From: Faecousia sp.
Lineage (GTDB): Bacteria > Bacillota > Clostridia > Oscillospirales > Oscillospiraceae
Length of the DNA: 64,000 nt
Direction of reading: 5' to 3'
Assembly: GCA_045632785.1 (NCBI GenBank)
Contig: JAZQXK010000097.1
Span: 1,536-65,535, forward strand
Shown here: positions 48,374 through 57,611 of the stretch, piece after piece
Layout: each line of letters starts with the position of its first letter
Numbering within the stretch: the stretch's first letter is position 1
Program-made: the position numbers and the translations under genes
Notes under the pieces: model-generated
What the model was told of the DNA's origin: nothing
Seen by the model: the letters and a program-made list of their open reading frames with translations, nothing else
Database searches by the model: none

Positions 48374-49411
48374 TTACAACTTATCAATATAGGAAAGTAA
48401 GGTGGGTAAAAGCTGCTCGTAGGGCACTTTCTCTTTAGGCTCGCCCTTTAAGAAAATCACGCCGCAGCCATCGCCGCCGGCGATGCCCACATCGGCTTCT
48501 CTGGCTTCCCCAGGGCCGTTGACCACGCAGCCCATGACAGCCACAGTAATGGGCTTCTGGCAGTCCGCAAGCGCTTTGTCCACCTGCTCCACCAAACCAA
48601 TGAGGTCAATGGCAGTTCTGCCGCAGGTGGGGCAGGAAATGATGTTGACACCGGCCTTTCTCAGTCCGGCAGCCTTCAAAATTTCCTTGGCGGCATAGAC
48701 TTCCTCCACCGGGTCAGCAGTGAGGGAAACTCTGAGGGTATCTCCAATACCATCTAAGAGAAGTGAGCCGATGCCCATAGCAGACTTAATTAGACCCATG
48801 CGCACAGGGCCGGTTTCAGTGACACCAATGTGCAGTGGATACTCGCACTTAGAGCGGAACACCCGGGCAGCTTCCACCATGGTGGGAACTGAGGAAGACT
48901 TCATAGAAACGCAGCATTCATAGAAACCTTCTTTTTCCAGCAGTTCCAAATGGGAGAAGGCACTTTCAACCAGCGCTTCTGCTGCGGGGTGACCATACTT
49001 TTCCAGCAGCTTTTTGTCCAGGCTTCCCCCGTTGACACCAATGCGAATGGGGATATGGCGCTCCTTACAGACCTCCACAACAGCCCGAACACGATCGCTG
49101 CCTCCAATGTTGCCGGGGTTAATACGGATCTTAGCCGCACCGCCCTCAGCGGCTGCAATCGCCAGCTTATAATCGAAGTGAATGTCGGCAACCAGTGGCA
49201 AGGGAGAATGGGCAGCAATTTCTGCAAATCCCTTGGCAGCATCCATATTGGGAACTGCCAGACGGGCAATCTCACAGCCAGCTGTTTTCAGGGCTTTGAG
49301 CTGGTTGAGGCTGCCTTCTACATCCGTTGTTTTGGTATTCAGCATAGACTGAATGGATACAGGAGCGCCGCCACCAATCGCCACATTTCCAACAATGATC
49401 TGTCTAGTCAT
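48374..49411 (-). CDS. ispG: HMBPP synthase
   Basis: IRINPGN, LHIGVTE, GIGDTLRVSL, CPTCGR and MGCVVNGPGE motifs. Confidence 0.98.
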   Translation of the reverse strand: MTRQIIVGNVAIGGGAPVSIQSMLNTKTTDVEGSLNQLKALKTAGCEIARLAVPNMDAAKGFAEIAAHSPLPLVADIHFDYKLAIAAAEGGAAKIRINPGNIGGSDRVRAVVEVCKERHIPIRIGVNGGSLDKKLLEKYGHPAAEALVESAFSHLELLEKEGFYECCVSMKSSSVPTMVEAARVFRSKCEYPLHIGVTETGPVRMGLIKSAMGIGSLLLDGIGDTLRVSLTADPVEEVYAAKEILKAAGLRKAGVNIISCPTCGRTAIDLIGLVEQVDKALADCQKPITVAVMGCVVNGPGEAREADVGIAGGDGCGVIFLKGEPKEKVPYEQLLPTLLSYIDKL

Positions 49412-49422
49412 ATCTACTTACC

Positions 49423-50502
49423 TCATCGCACAATAAAAAATATATCCTTAAAGAAAATCAAAACCATCAGCGCAAGGAGCAGAACCATGCCAATGCCATG
49501 AACATAGCCTTCAATCTTGGGGTTCAGCTTTTTCTTAGTGATGCCCTCAATAACCGCTGTCAGGAAGACGCCGACCACACGGCCGCCGTCCAGTGCTGGG
49601 ATGGGAAGAAGGTTCATTACACCAAGATTGGCCGCAATCAAAGCACCAATACTAACGAAATTAAGGAAGCCATCGGAAACACTTTCACTACCGCTGCCTA
49701 CATCCGCCATTGCTTTTACAATATATACCGGTCCGCCAAGGTCTTTGAAGCTCAAAGCTCCACGGAACAGCATTTTTAGGCTCAACCAGACAGAGCGCAC
49801 ATGATTACAGCAAAGATTCCAGCTATAGGAAGCGGTATTCCAGAGATTTCTCTGAGAAACCTGGAAATTCAGACCCAGCCGCAACCGGATTTCCCCATTA
49901 TAATCGGGAAGCTCCCGTGCCTCGGTGTTCATATCGCCAAAGAACAGCTTTTCTCCGTTCCGAATGACCGTTATATCGTGAACATCCGCTTTACCGGAAA
50001 GGTTATAAGCCATTAAACCGGTTACATCACCGGTTGCGAAAACTTTTTCTCCATCGATCTCGAGGATTCGGTCACCGGGCTGCAGGTACCCCTCAAAAGA
50101 GCTGCCAACCTCAACACTTTCCAAGGTGGTATGGGGAATTTCCTTATAATAGGAGGAAAATCCAACCATGAAGAACACAAGAAGATAAGCCAGCAGCAGG
50201 TTCATAAAAGCACCGGCAACCAAAACGATGATCTTCTTCCACCATTTTGCATTGCCAAATGCTCTTGGGTCATCGCTGTCTTCATCCTCCCCTTCCATGG
50301 CGCAATAGCCCCCGATTGGGATGCAGCGCAAAGCATAAAGGGTCTCCCCTTTTTGCTTCTTCCAGATGGCAGGGCCCATGCCAATGGCGAACTCGTTGAC
50401 CTTGATTCCAAAAAGCTTGGCGGTGCTGAAATGTCCAAATTCATGAACACCGATGAGGATACCGAAAAACAGGATTCCTAAGAAAATATAGAGAATATAC
50501 AA
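49423..50502 (-). CDS. rseP: RseP/RasP-like M50 intramembrane protease with PDZ
   Basis: HEFGH and NLLPIPALDGG motifs. TTG start at 50502 after GGAGG. Confidence 0.92.
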   Translation of the reverse strand: MYILYIFLGILFFGILIGVHEFGHFSTAKLFGIKVNEFAIGMGPAIWKKQKGETLYALRCIPIGGYCAMEGEDEDSDDPRAFGNAKWWKKIIVLVAGAFMNLLLAYLLVFFMVGFSSYYKEIPHTTLESVEVGSSFEGYLQPGDRILEIDGEKVFATGDVTGLMAYNLSGKADVHDITVIRNGEKLFFGDMNTEARELPDYNGEIRLRLGLNFQVSQRNLWNTASYSWNLCCNHVRSVWLSLKMLFRGALSFKDLGGPVYIVKAMADVGSGSESVSDGFLNFVSIGALIAANLGVMNLLPIPALDGGRVVGVFLTAVIEGITKKKLNPKIEGYVHGIGMVLLLALMVLIFFKDIFFIVR

Positions 50503-50517
50503 GAATATAACCTCCAA

Positions 50518-51666
50518 TTAAGGCTTATGGGTCAAAACATATTCCCGAGCCAGTCTATCCGCTTCAATGATCTGCTCCAAAGTAGGTTCTTTTACAAAAG
50601 GAACAGAAGACATTGCACCGGACACCAAATTAGAAATATCATAAAAAGCGATTTCTTCCTTGAGGTACAGACCTACAGCTACCTCATTGGCTCCGCTGAG
50701 AACTGCGCCCATAGTGCCGCCGGCTTTTGCCGCTTCGTAAGCCAGAGCCAAACAAGGGAATGCTTCCAAATCCGGAGCAGCAAAGGTCAGACTTCCGCAG
50801 GTGAGCAAGTCCAGTTCGGGAGCAGGACAGGCCGTGCGGTCAGGCCAGGTCAGAGCAAGCTGAATAGGCAAGCGCATATCGGGCGTACCCAACTGCGCCA
50901 AAACAGCGCCATCTGTATACTCCACCAGGGAATGAATCACGCTCTGCCGATGAATGACCACTGCCATCTGCTCCAAGGGCATTTCGTACAGACGCATGGC
51001 CTCGATGACTTCCAAACCCTTGTTCATCAGGGTGGCGCAATCAATAGTGATCTTTGCGCCCATTTTCCAGTTAGGGTGCTTGAGGGCATCTGCCTGGGTG
51101 ACGGAAACCAGTTCTTCTCTGGATCTGCCGAAGAAGGGGCCGCCGGAGCAAGTAAGGATCAGTCGCTTTACCTGGGATTTATCCCTACACCCGGCTAAAC
51201 ACTGGAAAATGGCGCTATGTTCAGAGTCAACAGGAATAATCTCTGCGCCATGCTCCTTAGCAGCCTTCATGACCAGTTCGCCTGCACAAACCATAGTTTC
51301 CTTATTGGCAAGGCCGATTCTCTTTCCAGCACGGATAGCAGCCATGGTTGGCTCTAAACCTACCATTCCAACCACAGCCGTAATCACCGTATCCGCCTCT
51401 TCCATAGAAGCTGCACGGAGAAGGCCCTCTTTTCCAAAAGCGACCTCAGTAGGCAGATCGGATATCAAGTTCTTCAGCGCTTCTGCTGCATCAAGGCTGC
51501 TCATAACAGCCAGTCTGGGACGAAACTCACGGCACTGCTCTGCCATGCGCTCTGCATTAGAGCCTGCAGTCAGTGCGCAAACCGGAATACCCAGTCTGCC
51601 GGCAACATCCAATGTCTGCCTGCCAATAGAGCCCGTGGAGCCCAATACAGAAATACACTTTACCAT
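50518..51666 (-). CDS. dxr: DXP reductoisomerase
   Basis: LGSTGSIG, LANKE, PVDSEH and MGAKITID..MNKGLE motifs. Start moved to MVKC at 51666. Confidence 0.98.
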   Translation of the reverse strand: MVKCISVLGSTGSIGRQTLDVAGRLGIPVCALTAGSNAERMAEQCREFRPRLAVMSSLDAAEALKNLISDLPTEVAFGKEGLLRAASMEEADTVITAVVGMVGLEPTMAAIRAGKRIGLANKETMVCAGELVMKAAKEHGAEIIPVDSEHSAIFQCLAGCRDKSQVKRLILTCSGGPFFGRSREELVSVTQADALKHPNWKMGAKITIDCATLMNKGLEVIEAMRLYEMPLEQMAVVIHRQSVIHSLVEYTDGAVLAQLGTPDMRLPIQLALTWPDRTACPAPELDLLTCGSLTFAAPDLEAFPCLALAYEAAKAGGTMGAVLSGANEVAVGLYLKEEIAFYDISNLVSGAMSSVPFVKEPTLEQIIEADRLAREYVLTHKP

Positions 51667-51667
51667 A

Positions 51668-52522
51668 TCAGCCCACCCCCGCAGTGGCAACTGCCAGAGG
51701 CAGCATCAAAATGAGAACTTCTGTCACAGGTGCAACCAGCATCATGCTGTCAAACCGATCCAGAATACCGCCGTGGCCGGGAATCAGGTTGCCATAGTCT
51801 TTAATGCCAACCTGCCGCTTAATCACGGAGAAGGTCAGATCGCCCAGAATGGAGATCACAGAGCCAACAACACCGTAAATAATGCCGTACCAGTAGATCA
51901 CATCAAAACCAAATGCGGCATCCAGAATGAAGGCATAAAGCTCCAGCAGAATTACTGTAGCGGCAATGCCGCCAAGTGCGCCCTCAATGGTCTTCTTGGG
52001 GCTGATAATGGGGGCAAGCTTGTGCTTGCCGAAGGCTCTGCCCACAAAGTAGGCAGCAGAATCCGCAGTAAAGGCCAAAATACAGGGAATGATAATCAGG
52101 AACTTGCCCAAACGTGTATCGCCAGGATCAATTCCATCAAACATGGCACGGATGCGCACAATAGCCGTGAGCAAATAAGGCATCAAAAGACCTGCAAACA
52201 GGCAGAGCACCACCTTTTCAAAGGGAAGCTTTCCGTGACTGACCAGCATTTCCACAAAAAGTACCACCAAATAGGCCATAACGCCCAAGGCAGCAATATG
52301 GGTGCTTTTGCTCAAACTCCAAAAAGAAGTCAGTACAGCCATAGCCATAGCATAGATTACCATGCGGTTGTGCTTGACAAGGCCCGTGCGGTACAGAAGC
52401 TCATAGGCTGCAATAGCTCCGCAAAGGCCAAAGAGAATGGCTGTGCCCCATGCGGGCAGAAGCAGAACAACAATCAAAAACAGGGGCAGCAAAACGGCTG
52501 CTGCAATGATTCTGGTTTTCAT
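51668..52522 (-). CDS. cdsA: Phosphatidate cytidylyltransferase
   Basis: ISPKKTIEG and KDYGNLIPGHGGILDRFDS motifs. Confidence 0.96.
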   Translation of the reverse strand: MKTRIIAAAVLLPLFLIVVLLLPAWGTAILFGLCGAIAAYELLYRTGLVKHNRMVIYAMAMAVLTSFWSLSKSTHIAALGVMAYLVVLFVEMLVSHGKLPFEKVVLCLFAGLLMPYLLTAIVRIRAMFDGIDPGDTRLGKFLIIIPCILAFTADSAAYFVGRAFGKHKLAPIISPKKTIEGALGGIAATVILLELYAFILDAAFGFDVIYWYGIIYGVVGSVISILGDLTFSVIKRQVGIKDYGNLIPGHGGILDRFDSMMLVAPVTEVLILMLPLAVATAGVG

Positions 52523-52524
52523 AT

Positions 52525-53262
52525 CTATTTCGCACCTCCGAACCGCCGATTGCGGCGGTGGAATTGTTCTATTGCACTGTCAATATCCTTCGGGCCAAAA
52601 TCGGGCCAAAGGATGTCCATAAACACATACTCGGAATAGGCAGACTGCCACAAAAGGAAGTTGCTGATCCGCTGCTCTCCGGAAGGACGGATAATCAGCT
52701 CCGGATCGGGCACATCCACTGAGTACAAATAACGGGAAAACTCTTCTTCTGTCAGTTCCTCCGGGTTCTTCTCACCCAAAGCGACCTGTCGGGCATACTC
52801 ACGCACACCCCTTACAATCTCATCTCTACCGCCGTAATTCAGGCAGAAGTTCACCTGCCACTGAGAAAACACCTTGGAGCGTTCCTCTGTGTCACGGCAC
52901 ATTTTTTGCAGCTCCGGGGATAACTTGGAGATGTCACCAAAGAAGACAAATCTTGCCTGATTTTTCTCCATATCCCGCAGGGCTTCTTTCAGATACCTCT
53001 CGAGCAGCTTCATAATGCCGGAGATCTCTTCCTGAGAACGCTTCCAGTTTTCTGTGGAAAAAGCATAGACCGTTACATATTTAACACCAATATCACGGCA
53101 ATAGTTCACCGTGCGGCGGAAGCTCTCTGCACCAGCCGCGTGACCGGCAGTCCTCGGAAGCCCCCTCTTTTTTGCCCAGCGGCCGTTGCCGTCCATAATA
53201 ATGGCAATGTGCTGGGGTGGCGGTAAGAAACTTTCCGCCTTTTTCTTTTTGAATAAGCCCAT
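52525..53262 (-). CDS. uppS: Undecaprenyl diphosphate synthase
   Basis: HIAIIMDGNGRWA, AFSTENWKR and RPSGEQRISNFLLWQ motifs. Confidence 0.98.
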   Translation of the reverse strand: MGLFKKKKAESFLPPPQHIAIIMDGNGRWAKKRGLPRTAGHAAGAESFRRTVNYCRDIGVKYVTVYAFSTENWKRSQEEISGIMKLLERYLKEALRDMEKNQARFVFFGDISKLSPELQKMCRDTEERSKVFSQWQVNFCLNYGGRDEIVRGVREYARQVALGEKNPEELTEEEFSRYLYSVDVPDPELIIRPSGEQRISNFLLWQSAYSEYVFMDILWPDFGPKDIDSAIEQFHRRNRRFGGAK

Positions 53263-53390
53263 AAACTACTCCAACCTGGCCCAATTGGCCCTTTGATAAC
53301 CACAATCGTACTCTTTTGAGCAGATTACGGTTAGAGGGCGAGGTCTCCCCCGCCCCCACTTGGCGATTTACAGGAAACGAGCAAAGCCTA

Positions 53391-53945
53391 TTAAATGGCC
53401 ATAAGTTCCTTTTCCTTCACAGCGCAGACATCGTCCACCTTCTTGATGTACTTGTCTGTAATGTCCTGCAGATCCTTCTCTGCCTTCTTCTGGTCGTCTT
53501 CGGTAATCTCACTCTTCTTCTTCAAAGCCTTGATATAGTCCATGGCATCCCGGCGAATGTTACGCATAGCAACCTTTGCTTCCTCTGCATACTTGCGAAC
53601 CTGCTTGGTCAGTTCACGGCGGCGCTCCTCAGTGAGCTGAGGGAACACAAGGCGGATTACTCTGCCGTCGTTCTGGGGGTTAATGCCCAGGTCGGAAACC
53701 TGGATTGCCTTCTGGATGTCCTTCAACAGCTTGGCATCCCAGGGCTGGATCACCAGAGTACGGGCATCAGGGGAAGAAATGTTGGCAACAGAAGCAAGGG
53801 TAGATGCTACACCATAATATTCTACAGTGATTCTATCCAGAACCTTGGGATTGGCACGGCCTGCACGGACTGCATCAAAATTATCCTGCAGTACATCCAA
53901 AGTCTTTTCCATCTTCCGGGTAAATTCCTTAAAATCAACGCTCAT
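53391..53945 (-). CDS. frr: Ribosome recycling factor
   Basis: RAGRANP, DLGINPQNDG, LTEERR and RNIRRDA motifs. Confidence 0.98.
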   Translation of the reverse strand: MSVDFKEFTRKMEKTLDVLQDNFDAVRAGRANPKVLDRITVEYYGVASTLASVANISSPDARTLVIQPWDAKLLKDIQKAIQVSDLGINPQNDGRVIRLVFPQLTEERRRELTKQVRKYAEEAKVAMRNIRRDAMDYIKALKKKSEITEDDQKKAEKDLQDITDKYIKKVDDVCAVKEKELMAI

Positions 53946-53948
53946 TGT

Positions 53949-54668
53949 TTAGTCCTCCTTAACGATCGTTCCGATATTCTCTCCCTGAAGCACCCGGATA
54001 ATATTCTGGGGGTTCTTCAGTTCAAATACAATAATGGGCATATGGTTATCCATAGCCAGGGTCATGGCAGTGGTATCTGTAGCCTGCAAATGACGGGCAA
54101 GAACCTCGTCATAAGTAAGGCTGTCAAAACGCACCGCATTGGGGTCTTTGCGGGGATCGGCAGAATACACGCCGTCAACATTCTTAGCCAACAAAATGGC
54201 ATCGGCTTCAATTTCCACACCGCGAAGCACCGCACCTGTGTCTGTGGAGAAATAAGGGTTGCCGGTGCCGCAGCAGAAGAACACCACTTTACCCTCTTTC
54301 AAATACCGTTCTGCCAGATCTCTGGTGAAATACTCGGCAAACTTAGGCATTTCCACAGCGGACAGTACCCGGCTGGGAACACCTCTTTTTTCCAGAGCAT
54401 CCGCAACAGCAATGCAATTCATAGCCGTTGCCAGCATACCCATGGAATCGGCATGACTGCGCTGCATCTTGTCAGCGCCGTCTTTCACGCCACGCCAGAA
54501 ATTGCCGCCACCGATGACGATACCGACCTCAACACCCATGGCATGACAAGCCTTGACTGTTTCGCACACTTCACCGATCACAGAAAAATCAAGGCCGGTG
54601 TGCTTATCTCCGGCAAGGGCTTCGCCGGACAGCTTTAACAGGATTCTTTTGTACCGAAGCTGAGACAT
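53949..54668 (-). CDS. pyrH: UMP kinase
   Basis: RILLKLSGEAL, GGGNFWRG and GTGNPYFSTD motifs. Start moved to MSQL at 54668. Confidence 0.98.
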   Translation of the reverse strand: MSQLRYKRILLKLSGEALAGDKHTGLDFSVIGEVCETVKACHAMGVEVGIVIGGGNFWRGVKDGADKMQRSHADSMGMLATAMNCIAVADALEKRGVPSRVLSAVEMPKFAEYFTRDLAERYLKEGKVVFFCCGTGNPYFSTDTGAVLRGVEIEADAILLAKNVDGVYSADPRKDPNAVRFDSLTYDEVLARHLQATDTTAMTLAMDNHMPIIVFELKNPQNIIRVLQGENIGTIVKED

Positions 54669-54976
54669 GGGAATCCACTCCTTTCTCTCTTGTGGGTTCA
54701 AGCTAATTTCGCTTCTCCTATTTTATAATATCTTTGCCAGAATGACAACTGCTATTTTCGCTTTTTCTAAATGTTTTCCGAAATTTCACAATTTACACAG
54801 TCCCTTTTCATCCTTTTATACTCCTTGAAGCCAATTTTGATAGCCGTACAACTGAAAAAGCCCCAACTTTTTTGAAACTCTTTTCAAAAAATGTGAATGC
54901 CCACTTGTAAATTGCCACAATTTGGCGTATACTCTTACACATGACCATTCCAGTATTTAAAAGAGAGGTATACATT

Positions 54977-56368
54977 ATGGAAACCGTAAGTATTCGGGAG
55001 CTGTTCCGCGACACAGCCTCCTATGTAGGAAAGACCGTCACCGTTGGCGGCTGGGTGCGCTCTGTCCGTGCCAGCAAGGCCTTTGGTTTTATTGTGCTGC
55101 ATGACGGCACCTTCTTCACTCCTTTGCAGGTAGTGTATCACGACACTCTGGGTAATTTCCAGGAGATCTCCAAGACCAATGTAGGCGCTGCCCTGATTGT
55201 CACCGGTCAGATCGTAGAGACCCCCGATGCCAAGCAGCCCTTTGAGATGCAAGCTGAGTCTGTTCTCATTGAGGGTGCTTCCGCTCCTGACTATCCCCTG
55301 CAGAAGAAGCGTCACAGCATGGAGTTCCTGCGCACCATGACCCATCTGCGCCCCCGCACCAACACCTTCCAAGCTGTGTTCCGTGTGCGCAGTATTCTGG
55401 CCTATGCCATTCATAAGTTCTTCCAGGAGCGGGAGTTTGTTTATGTTCACACCCCCCTCATTACCGGCTCTGACTGCGAAGGCGCAGGCGAGATGTTCCA
55501 GGTAACAACTCTGGATCTGCAGAATGTCCCCCTGACGGAAGACGGCAAGATTGACTACTCCAAGGACTTCTTCTCCAAGCCCACTAACCTGACTGTTTCC
55601 GGACAGCTCAATGGCGAGACCTACGCCATGGCCTTTAAGAACATCTACACCTTTGGCCCCACCTTCCGAGCCGAAAACTCCAACACCACCCGCCATGCTG
55701 CGGAATTCTGGATGATCGAGCCAGAGATCGCCTTTGCCGACCTATCCGATGATATGCGCCTGGCTGAAGACATGATTAAGTATGTCATTGCCTATGTTTT
55801 GGAGCACGCCCCCGAGGAAATGGCCTTCTTCAATCAATTTGTGGACAAGGGTCTGCTGGATCGGCTGAACCATGTTTTGAACTCCGATTTCGGCCATGTG
55901 ACCTACACCGAGGCCATTGAGATTCTGGAGAAGCACAATGATCAGTTTGAGTATCCCGTTCATTGGGGCAGCGACCTGCAAACCGAGCATGAGCGGTATC
56001 TGACCGAGGTAGTCTTCCAGCGGCCTGTCTTCGTCACCGACTATCCCAAGGACATCAAGGCTTTCTACATGAAGCTGAACCCCGATGGAAAGACCGTTGC
56101 AGCTATGGACTGCCTGGTTCCCGGTATCGGCGAGATCATTGGCGGCAGCCAGCGAGAAGACAACTATGATGTTCTCATGGCTCGTATCAACGAGCTGGGT
56201 CTAAACCCTGATGACTACGGCTTCTATATGGATCTTCGGAAGTACGGCTCTGCCCGCCACGCCGGTTTCGGCCTGGGCTTCGAGCGTTGCGTCATGTACC
56301 TCACCGGCATGGGCAACATCCGTGATGTGGTTCCCTTCCCCAGAACTGTCAACAACTGCGAGCTGTAA
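54977..56368 (+). CDS. asnS: Asparagine--tRNA ligase
   Basis: GWVRSVR OB fold, [27 protein letters not shown] and GFGLGFER motifs. Start METV at 54977 (GAGGT). Confidence 0.98.
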   Translation: METVSIRELFRDTASYVGKTVTVGGWVRSVRASKAFGFIVLHDGTFFTPLQVVYHDTLGNFQEISKTNVGAALIVTGQIVETPDAKQPFEMQAESVLIEGASAPDYPLQKKRHSMEFLRTMTHLRPRTNTFQAVFRVRSILAYAIHKFFQEREFVYVHTPLITGSDCEGAGEMFQVTTLDLQNVPLTEDGKIDYSKDFFSKPTNLTVSGQLNGETYAMAFKNIYTFGPTFRAENSNTTRHAAEFWMIEPEIAFADLSDDMRLAEDMIKYVIAYVLEHAPEEMAFFNQFVDKGLLDRLNHVLNSDFGHVTYTEAIEILEKHNDQFEYPVHWGSDLQTEHERYLTEVVFQRPVFVTDYPKDIKAFYMKLNPDGKTVAAMDCLVPGIGEIIGGSQREDNYDVLMARINELGLNPDDYGFYMDLRKYGSARHAGFGLGFERCVMYLTGMGNIRDVVPFPRTVNNCEL

Positions 56369-56381
56369 TTACAAATTTAAT

Positions 56382-56416
56382 GCGGAGAGCCGTTCAAATC
56401 GGTTCTCCGCTTTTTT
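56382..56416 (+). terminator. asnS intrinsic terminator
   Basis: GCGGAGAGCCG..CGGTTCTCCGC followed by TTTTTT. Confidence 0.85.
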
Positions 56417-56452
56417 GTGTGGAATAAAATTAACTTTAAATTTGAAAAGTTA

Positions 56453-56504
56453 TTGACAGAATAGTCTAAGTATGTTAGACTTATACTGTCTAAAGACTAT
56501 AGAC
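56453..56504 (+). promoter_or_regulatory. SigA promoter overlapped by four GTCTA/TAGAC half-sites
   Basis: TTGACA-17-TAGACT. GTCTA 56464, TAGAC 56476, GTCTA 56488 and TAGAC 56500 (exact 12-bp phase). Confidence 0.7.
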
Positions 56505-56520
56505 CAACATGGAGGTAAAT

Positions 56521-57594
56521 ATGATGAAAAGACTGCTTTGTATGATGCTTCTTATTGTTCTTATGCTCTGCGGCTGTTCCGGGTTAAAGGAATCGGACAG
56601 AATGTCCCATATCTATTATGATGGCACGGATTGGGTAGACATTCTCTGGAGGGATTTCAGCTTTGAGGAACAGGAAGCCGGAATGCGCGGAGAAATCGCA
56701 CTCACCAGAAACAAGGTTTTTGGAGACAGCAAACTGCAAGAAGCGGCCAAAAAAGCGGCTCGGCGGCTAAATCTAACGGAAGCCGCAGACCTGCTGGAAT
56801 ACGCTGCCCGCATAACCCCGTCTGTGATCGAAAGCGGCTATCTGTCGGAAGCACCAAATCTTAAACAAGATAATCGTGATTGGAAGCTGTACTTTATTGT
56901 CGTAATGAATGACGGCGTAGCCTTACTTCACTATGATGAAAAAGCCGCCCCGGAGTATGAAAATGGAATCAAACTGGAAGCTCGTTATGGAAAAAAGGAC
57001 GGTGGCTCCTATGTGATCGTATCTCTTTTAGATGGGCACATCATCGGCTTCCAAGGTGCACATTATGGTCTGATTTCCGGCAAAGAACCGGGCACATGGA
57101 CAAAGGAGAAGGATTTTGAAATTCCACCCCATCCGCCTGTAGAGCGCATAGCATTTCATGCAATCACAATGGAAGAAAAGTTTTACTATGAATACCAACA
57201 CTGCCGGAAAGATGATGCTACATACCATGCTGTTCCTACCAGTAGGGATGCACGGATCCCAGATGAGAAATTACAGGATAGCGCAAAGGAACTTACTGGC
57301 GGTTTGGATATCTCCACCCCGGAGGGTATGGCAGAATATCTTGTAAAACTGGGTGACCGGTTCCTCGACACAAATTATCAAATTTGCGGACCGGATTTTG
57401 AGGTATATGGTATTGATCGATACGTTGACGGTGTATGGTCGATCGACTATACAAGCAAATTTACAGACACGACCGGGAAAGAAACCATAGAACGCAGTAG
57501 TGTTTACGTATCCGAGGATGATGGGCATCTTGTGTGCATCATCGATTGGAATGGTAAAGTGATAACCGGCAATTCCAACACTGACTATTACTAA
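56521..57594 (+). CDS. Uncharacterised lipoprotein with two internal repeat modules
   Basis: MMKRLL..LMLCGC lipobox after GGAGG. Two LQ..A..L..EY / DG / S..DGH modules. Confidence 0.8.
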   Translation: MMKRLLCMMLLIVLMLCGCSGLKESDRMSHIYYDGTDWVDILWRDFSFEEQEAGMRGEIALTRNKVFGDSKLQEAAKKAARRLNLTEAADLLEYAARITPSVIESGYLSEAPNLKQDNRDWKLYFIVVMNDGVALLHYDEKAAPEYENGIKLEARYGKKDGGSYVIVSLLDGHIIGFQGAHYGLISGKEPGTWTKEKDFEIPPHPPVERIAFHAITMEEKFYYEYQHCRKDDATYHAVPTSRDARIPDEKLQDSAKELTGGLDISTPEGMAEYLVKLGDRFLDTNYQICGPDFEVYGIDRYVDGVWSIDYTSKFTDTTGKETIERSSVYVSEDDGHLVCIIDWNGKVITGNSNTDYY

Positions 57595-57611
57595 ATAAGG
57601 GAGGTATCCCC

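Noticed and set aside
50954-54638. Plus-strand ORFs of 561 aa and 440 aa opposite dxr/cdsA and frr/pyrH
   Set aside because: Antisense to conserved essential genes; no recognisable protein features.
54780-54976. T-box leader for asnS
   Set aside because: The promoter (TTGTAA-17-TATACT) is only ~45 nt from the ATG, and there is no UGGNACC T-box or antiterminator.
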